Assembly (NCBI GenBank): GCA_007280935.1
Contig: QYQK01000012.1
Span: forward strand, 1,022 to 65,021
Length of the DNA stretch: 64,000 nt
DNA from: Opitutales bacterium
Lineage (GTDB): Bacteria; Verrucomicrobiota; Verrucomicrobiia; Opitutales; UBA953
Reading direction: 5' to 3'
Shown here one piece after another: positions 58,519-64,000 of the stretch. A program made the translations under genes and the position numbers. The notes below the pieces were generated by a model, which searched no databases, was not told the origin of the DNA, and saw only the letters and a program-made list of their open reading frames with translations. How positions within the stretch are numbered: position 1 is the first letter of the stretch; each line of letters begins with the position of its first letter.

Positions 58519-59976
58519 ATGGCCGACCTGCTTCATACGCTTTCTGCCGCCGAGCTCGGACGACGCCTTTCCGCTGGATTGTTGACGTCCCGCACCCTCT
58601 GCGAAGCGCTCATTGCTCGCTATCATTTGTTGAACAAAAAAGTCGGAGCCTTCACGCATCTGGATGAACGAGACGTGCTCACGCAGGCCGATGCCTCAGA
58701 TGCCCGTCGCAAGGCAGGGCAGGGGCGTGGTCCGCTCGAAGGTATTCCGGTCGCCATCAAAGATAATATTGCGGTCAAGGGTCAGCCGTTGACGTGTTCG
58801 AGCCAGATGCTCGCCTCGCTGGTTTCGCCTTATGATGCACATGTGACCGAACGTCTGCGCGCAGCCGGTGCGATCCTTTATGGGCGTCTCAACATGGATG
58901 AATTTGCGATGGGTTCGTCCACGGAGAATTCTGCCATCCAAAAAACTTTCAACCCATGGGACCTCGCCTGTATTCCGGGCGGATCTTCGGGGGGCAGCGC
59001 TGCGGCTTTGGCCGCCGGTCTTGTCCCGCTTGCCCTAGGCTCCGATACGGGTGGGTCGATCCGTCAGCCAGCCTCGCATTGCGGAATCGTCGGATTAAAG
59101 CCTACCTACGGGCTGATTTCTCGCTTTGGTCTCGTGGCCTTCGCCTCGTCGCTCGACCAGATCGGTCCGATGGCCCGTTGTATCGAAGACTGCGAACTGC
59201 TCCTCAGCGCGCTGGCCTCGGCCGACGCGCGTGACATGACCTGCTTCGCCGTCGCCGATCGTGCGCTCACGCCTGCTGGCGATGCCAAGAAGCTTCGCAT
59301 CGGTATTCCCAAAGGTTTTTTAGGCAAGGGGGTGGGAGCTGAGGTCGCCACCGCCGTCACTGCCGCTATTGATTTTTATCGCTCGCAGGGCTGCGCTATT
59401 TCCGAAGTCGAACTGCCTTCTGCAGATCTTGCTGTCCCGACTTATTATGTCGTGGCGACGGCCGAAGCCTCCTCGAATCTCGGTCGCTATGATGGCGTCC
59501 GCTATGGTCACCGTTCGGCCTCAGCTGGTACGCCCGTCGAAATGATGACGAATAGCCGCTCCGAAGGTTTTGGCGCCGAAGTGAAGCGTCGCATCTTGCT
59601 CGGAACTTTCGTGCTGAGCGCGGGCTACGCGGACGCTTATTATATGAGGGCCCTCCGTGCGCGCTCGAAAATACGGGCCGAATATCTCGCGGCTTTGGCT
59701 ACGGTCGATGTGTTGCTGACGCCGACGGTCCCGACGCCCGCCTTCAAAGTCGGCGAAAAGGCTTCGGATCCGCTGCAACTTTATCTCGAGGATATTTTTA
59801 CGATTCCCGCGAATCTCGCCGGGCTGCCGGCGATTTCGGTGCCTTGCGGCAAATCGGGACATCTGCCCGTCGGCTTCCATCTCGTCGGAGCACCGCTCTC
59901 CGAAGCCAAACTCCTCGCGGCGGGCCGTCTTTTTGAGTCCGCCCACGGGTTTGCCCACCAGCAAGCCGCCCTATGA
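58519..59976 (+). CDS. gatA: Asp/Glu-tRNA amidotransferase subunit A
   Basis: Amidase signature IKDN, GGSSGGS and GSDTGGSIRQP, plus RYDGVRYG. Confidence 0.97.
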   Translation: MADLLHTLSAAELGRRLSAGLLTSRTLCEALIARYHLLNKKVGAFTHLDERDVLTQADASDARRKAGQGRGPLEGIPVAIKDNIAVKGQPLTCSSQMLASLVSPYDAHVTERLRAAGAILYGRLNMDEFAMGSSTENSAIQKTFNPWDLACIPGGSSGGSAAALAAGLVPLALGSDTGGSIRQPASHCGIVGLKPTYGLISRFGLVAFASSLDQIGPMARCIEDCELLLSALASADARDMTCFAVADRALTPAGDAKKLRIGIPKGFLGKGVGAEVATAVTAAIDFYRSQGCAISEVELPSADLAVPTYYVVATAEASSNLGRYDGVRYGHRSASAGTPVEMMTNSRSEGFGAEVKRRILLGTFVLSAGYADAYYMRALRARSKIRAEYLAALATVDVLLTPTVPTPAFKVGEKASDPLQLYLEDIFTIPANLAGLPAISVPCGKSGHLPVGFHLVGAPLSEAKLLAAGRLFESAHGFAHQQAAL

Positions 59977-61478
59977 GTTCTTCACCTTCAGATTGGGAAG
60001 TCGTCATCGGCCTCGAGGTCCACGTGCAACTCCACACCCGCGCGAAAGTCTTCGCCTCGTCTCCCTGGGGTTTCGGTAAAGAGCCGAACGAGCAAGTCGA
60101 CTCCGTCGTGTTAGGACTTCCCGGCACGTTGCCGGTCGTGAATCGCGAAGCAGTTGAGAAGTCAATTTTGTTTGGTTTGGTCGTAGGTTCATCGGTGCCA
60201 GAACAATGTGCCTGGGATCGGAAAAACTATTTCTACCCCGATAATCCGAAGAACTATCAACTGACCCAAAAAGATTTCCCGATTGTCGTCGGCGGCCAGG
60301 TGGAAATCGAACTGCCAGGTATTTCACGTAATGTGATGGGCGAGCATAAGTTCGTCCGCATCCATCATGCGCACCTTGAAGAAGATGTGGGTAAACTCAG
60401 TCACGCGGGCAGCGGCTCACTCGTCGATTATAATCGGGCCGGCGTGCCTTTATTGGAAATCGTCACCGAGCCCGATCTTCGTTCTGCCGCCGAGGCCGAA
60501 GCTTTCTTACGTTCCTTGGTCGCACTTTTAACCCAAGCCGGCGTGGCGGATTGTGATATGGAAAAGGGTCAACTCCGTTGCGATTGTAACGTGTCTATTC
60601 GCCGCCGTGGTGCCGAGAAGCTCGGTACCCGCACCGAGACCAAGAATTTGAACTCCATTTCCAGCGTCCGTGATACGGTCATCTACGAAACTGCCCGTCA
60701 GATTCGCGAGTTAGAGGCTGGTCGCACCATCACGCAGGAAACTCGCGGTTGGAATGCGGAGCTGAGTCGTGGTTATGTGCTGCGGGATAAGGAAGATGCC
60801 CATGACTACCGTTATTTCCCTGACCCTGATATTCCCACATTACGTATTTCGCGCGAAACGGTCGCCCGTTTACAAAAACTTGTCCCGGAAAGCCTTTACG
60901 ATCGGCAACGTCGATATGTCGAAAAGCTTGGCCTGCCTTTTACGGCGGCTTCGGTGCTGGTGAACGACCGCGAACTTGCCGAATGGTTCGAGCTCGCCGT
61001 GGCCGCGCACCCGGCTAATCCGCAGGGCATCGCCAACTGGGTGACGAATGATCTGCTGCGCGACCTTGCCGCCTCCGGCGCCGCTGGCGCCCTGCTCACC
61101 GACGCGGTGCCCCCCGCGGTTTCGCTGGCCTCCTGCCCCATCAAGCCGGCTCAGTTGGCGGGTCTGGTGAAACTCACGGACGAGGGCGTGATTTCTAAGC
61201 AACAGGCTAAAGAAGTCTTCACTGAGATGTTTAAGACGGGCCAAGAAGCGGTCGCCATCGTGGATGCGAAAGGTCTTCGTCAGAATAGCGATACGGGCGA
61301 GTTGGAGAAAATCGTGCAAGCAGTCATCGCTGACCCTGCGGTGGCTAAATCTATCGCCGAATACCGCGCGGGTAACGAGAAAGCGATCAACGCCCTGAAG
61401 GGACCCATCATGAAGCGTACGCAAGGTAAGGCTAACCCGGTCCTCATTGATCAGCTTCTCCGCAAATTCCTCGGATGA
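59973..61478 (+). CDS. gatB: Asp/Glu-tRNA amidotransferase subunit B
   Basis: Motifs IGLEVHVQL, RKNYFYPD, HLEEDVGK and DYRYFPDPD. Confidence 0.97.
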   Translation: MSSSPSDWEVVIGLEVHVQLHTRAKVFASSPWGFGKEPNEQVDSVVLGLPGTLPVVNREAVEKSILFGLVVGSSVPEQCAWDRKNYFYPDNPKNYQLTQKDFPIVVGGQVEIELPGISRNVMGEHKFVRIHHAHLEEDVGKLSHAGSGSLVDYNRAGVPLLEIVTEPDLRSAAEAEAFLRSLVALLTQAGVADCDMEKGQLRCDCNVSIRRRGAEKLGTRTETKNLNSISSVRDTVIYETARQIRELEAGRTITQETRGWNAELSRGYVLRDKEDAHDYRYFPDPDIPTLRISRETVARLQKLVPESLYDRQRRYVEKLGLPFTAASVLVNDRELAEWFELAVAAHPANPQGIANWVTNDLLRDLAASGAAGALLTDAVPPAVSLASCPIKPAQLAGLVKLTDEGVISKQQAKEVFTEMFKTGQEAVAIVDAKGLRQNSDTGELEKIVQAVIADPAVAKSIAEYRAGNEKAINALKGPIMKRTQGKANPVLIDQLLRKFLG

Positions 61479-62179
61479 ACAAAGTTTCAACTTCGCCCCT
61501 GGTCGCAGGCATCAAGGCCGCGCGCGACAACGCTATTCCGCTGGTCGTGATTCTGCTGGCCGCCGCCGGACTGGTCATTGCCTACAGGTATCAGGTCCCT
61601 TTTGTTGTGACGGCCCTCAATTATATCGGCGCATTAAATAAGGCCAACCCGATGGCGTTTGCGGCGATTTGTACCGCCATCACCTCAGGTCTTATCCCCT
61701 GGATTTTTCGGATGGTCATCCGCGGCTTGCGCCCGCCGCATCCCCTGGGTGACCTCGTTCATAGCATGGTCTGGTGGGCCGCGATGGGGATGCTCGTCAG
61801 CTACTTCTATCAACTGCAGGCAGCCTGGTTCGGTGATGAGGCCAATTTGCGTACGGTTCTATTGAAGGTGTCCGTAGATATGGTGGGCTTCACGATTTTA
61901 ATCGGCGCGCCCTTTAATGCGATTTCGCACCTCTGGAAAGATTGCGGTTGGGATACCGCTCGCCTTCGTGCCGCCATGGGTCGGGGTTGGTATCGCCGTT
62001 TGGTCTTACCCAACCTGCTGACGAACTATTTTGTCTGGTTCCCGGGTGCGCTTATATTTTACAACATGCCGACCGACCTCCAATTGGTCGTGGCTAATTG
62101 TATCGGTTGTTTCTGGGCTCTGATGTGTGCCCGGATTGCGGCCCATTCGGGCGTCCCGATTACCGACGTCCATGCCTGA
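61475..62179 (+). CDS. Integral membrane protein, Mpv17/PMP22-like C-terminal part
   Basis: Multiple transmembrane helices, with LKVSVD..., VWFPG..FY.MP..LQ and FW patterns. ATGA overlap with gatB. Confidence 0.6.
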   Translation: MNKVSTSPLVAGIKAARDNAIPLVVILLAAAGLVIAYRYQVPFVVTALNYIGALNKANPMAFAAICTAITSGLIPWIFRMVIRGLRPPHPLGDLVHSMVWWAAMGMLVSYFYQLQAAWFGDEANLRTVLLKVSVDMVGFTILIGAPFNAISHLWKDCGWDTARLRAAMGRGWYRRLVLPNLLTNYFVWFPGALIFYNMPTDLQLVVANCIGCFWALMCARIAAHSGVPITDVHA

Positions 62180-62247
62180 GCCGGATTTCTTGCCCGCTCG
62201 CCATCCCTCGCTTGAAACCTTGGTCACGTTAGGCGAACCTCACCCAC

Positions 62248-64000
62248 GTGCCTGACTTGTTTGGAGAGACTGAACCCGGCGTCGCTGAGGTGGTCCCCTT
62301 TGATGGCGGGGCTCGGGCCTACTCGTATTCCGTGCCGGCGGCCCTTAAGGACACGCTGCAAGTCGGCCAGTTGGTCCGCGTTCCGTTAGGGGGGCGGGTG
62401 AGTCTGGGGGTTGTCTGGAAATACCCTGCCGAACCTTTAGTGGGCACGAAGCTGCGGAGTATCGTGGTGCTCGAGCACGACCAGCCCGTGATGACCCCCG
62501 ATTGCTGCAAGCTCGCCGAGTGGATGGCAGGGTATTATGGGTGCGGGCTTAATTCGGTGCTGGAAACGGTCCTTCCCGCAGCCGTGCGCAAGGGCGTTCG
62601 TCCCGTGCTCCGTCGGATGGTGTCGTTGATTGCCCCGCCCGCCGCCGAGGCTTTAGCGAAGATGCGTCGCAAAGCGCCCCGCCAAGCTCAGCTCATCGAC
62701 TTTCTTTCCGCCCAAGCTGAACCCGCCGACCGCGCGAAAATCGCAGCAGATTTAGGCATCGGGCCCTCCGCTATCGCAGCGTTAATCGCTGCCGGGATGA
62801 TCAAAGAAGAAGCCAGCGTACAATGGCGCGTGGCTTATGATGACCCTTTTTCCGAAGGTGAAACGGTCGCCGCCGCCGGGCATATTCTCAACCCGGAACA
62901 GTTGGCCGCCGTCACCTCGGTGACCGAGACGCTGGACAGTAAGGCTTTCCGGGCGCATCTCCTGCATGGCGTCACCGGCTCGGGTAAGACGGAAGTTTAC
63001 GTTGCCTTGATCCGTAAGGTGATTGCCGAAGGGGGGTCGGCGATTTTCCTCGTTCCCGAAGTGGCGCTGACGCCGCAGACGGTGGGTCGTTTGCGTTCAA
63101 GACTGGCGGACCTGGGAGCCAAGGTTGTCGTCTGGCATAGTCACCTTTCGGCCGGCGAACGTTTTGATGCTTGGATGGCCATGTCGCTGGGGCAGGCGAG
63201 GGTAGTCGTCGGCGCCCGTTCCGCGGTCTTCGCCCCTCTTCCGAATCTTCGCCTCATCGTCGTCGACGAGGAGCATGAGCCTTCGTTTAAACAGGGCGAA
63301 ACACCAATGTATCACGGGCGCGATGTCGCGGTGATGCGGGCTTCGCTGCTGGGTGCCGCTTGCGTGCTGGGTTCGGCGACTCCTTCCTTGGAGACTTGGA
63401 AGAACGCGACGGCTGGCCGCTATGTCCTCAATACGATGCCAAAGCGGGTGGATGACCGCCCGATGCCAGCGTTTCGTATCATTGATATGCGCCGCGAGAT
63501 CCTCCATTCGAAGGGCCAGCACATTCTCTCTCGCGAATTGGTGGATGGCATCCGCGAACGGCTCCAGAAGCGCGAACAATCCATCCTTTTCCTTAACCGC
63601 CGCGGGCATTCCCGTTCGCTCGTCTGTCCTGATTGTGGCGAAGCGGTGCAGTGCGCCCGTTGCAGCGTTTCGCTGACACTCCATCGCACCAACGACACCG
63701 CTCGCTGCCACCTTTGTAACCACCAGGAACGCGCGCCGGTGGTCTGCCCCAAGTGTCGTTCGCCGAAGGTGCGCTGGAAGGGCTATGGCACGCAAAAGGT
63801 GGAAGAAACCATCGCACAGCTTTTTCCGCGTGCCAAGGTCGCCCGGATCGATGCCGATACGATGGGGAAGAAGGACCTTTTCCGTCAGGTGCTTTCCGAT
63901 TTCCGGGCGGGTAAATATGACATGCTGCTGGGGACACAGATGATCGCGAAAGGGCTGGATTTTCCGCGCGTGACGTTGGTGGGGATTATCGACGCGGATC
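62248..64000 (+). CDS. priA: Primosomal protein N' (PriA helicase), 3' truncated by the window
   Basis: Open frame from GTG at 62248 to the window end: LLHGVTGSGKTEVY, LVPEVALTPQ, VDEEHE, LNRRG, four CxxC and GTQMIAKGLDFP. Not in the ORF track because it has no stop. Confidence 0.96.
   Translation, partial: MPDLFGETEPGVAEVVPFDGGARAYSYSVPAALKDTLQVGQLVRVPLGGRVSLGVVWKYPAEPLVGTKLRSIVVLEHDQPVMTPDCCKLAEWMAGYYGCGLNSVLETVLPAAVRKGVRPVLRRMVSLIAPPAAEALAKMRRKAPRQAQLIDFLSAQAEPADRAKIAADLGIGPSAIAALIAAGMIKEEASVQWRVAYDDPFSEGETVAAAGHILNPEQLAAVTSVTETLDSKAFRAHLLHGVTGSGKTEVYVALIRKVIAEGGSAIFLVPEVALTPQTVGRLRSRLADLGAKVVVWHSHLSAGERFDAWMAMSLGQARVVVGARSAVFAPLPNLRLIVVDEEHEPSFKQGETPMYHGRDVAVMRASLLGAACVLGSATPSLETWKNATAGRYVLNTMPKRVDDRPMPAFRIIDMRREILHSKGQHILSRELVDGIRERLQKREQSILFLNRRGHSRSLVCPDCGEAVQCARCSVSLTLHRTNDTARCHLCNHQERAPVVCPKCRSPKVRWKGYGTQKVEETIAQLFPRAKVARIDADTMGKKDLFRQVLSDFRAGKYDMLLGTQMIAKGLDFPRVTLVGIIDAD

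Noticed and set aside
63097..63937. Minus-strand ORFs of 232, 110 and 114 aa
   Set aside because: They are antisense to priA, which the track missed because it lacks a stop in the window.

Overview
This is a GC-rich, gene-dense, mostly housekeeping segment of a bacterial chromosome. It most likely comes from a Verrucomicrobiota (Opitutales-like) organism; this is inferred from the long chlamydia-type GreA, the alpha2-type GlyRS, the TPR/ExbBD cluster and the general gene repertoire. About 60 CDSs cover DNA repair (mutL, uvrB, priA), amino-acid and cofactor synthesis (thrBC, ilvD, pheA, metX, nadE, pdxA), translation (rpsA, infC, rpmI, rplT, rpmF, pheST, glyQS, gatCAB, rlmN, rsmI) and envelope functions (plsX, fabH, lpxA, bamD-like, lptE-like, cls, an amidase, a MurU-AmgK fusion). 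I saw no rRNA, tRNA, CRISPR array, IS element or prophage. The main oddities are: (1) a stand-alone gene for a secreted ~100-aa protein with three CxxC motifs and an exact 18-aa duplication, a candidate metal-binding peptide or RiPP precursor; (2) a TPR-TPR-ExbB-ExbD-ExbD motor operon with no TonB or receptor; (3) a MutL whose endonuclease motifs are degenerate; (4) a degenerate ApbE; (5) an in-frame TAA in greA and a frameshift in pdxA; (6) two small lipoprotein genes, one absent from the ORF track and one buried in an over-extended ORF; (7) a repeated promoter geometry suggesting leaderless, Shine-Dalgarno-free translation. All product calls come from motif recognition by eye; no database search was run.
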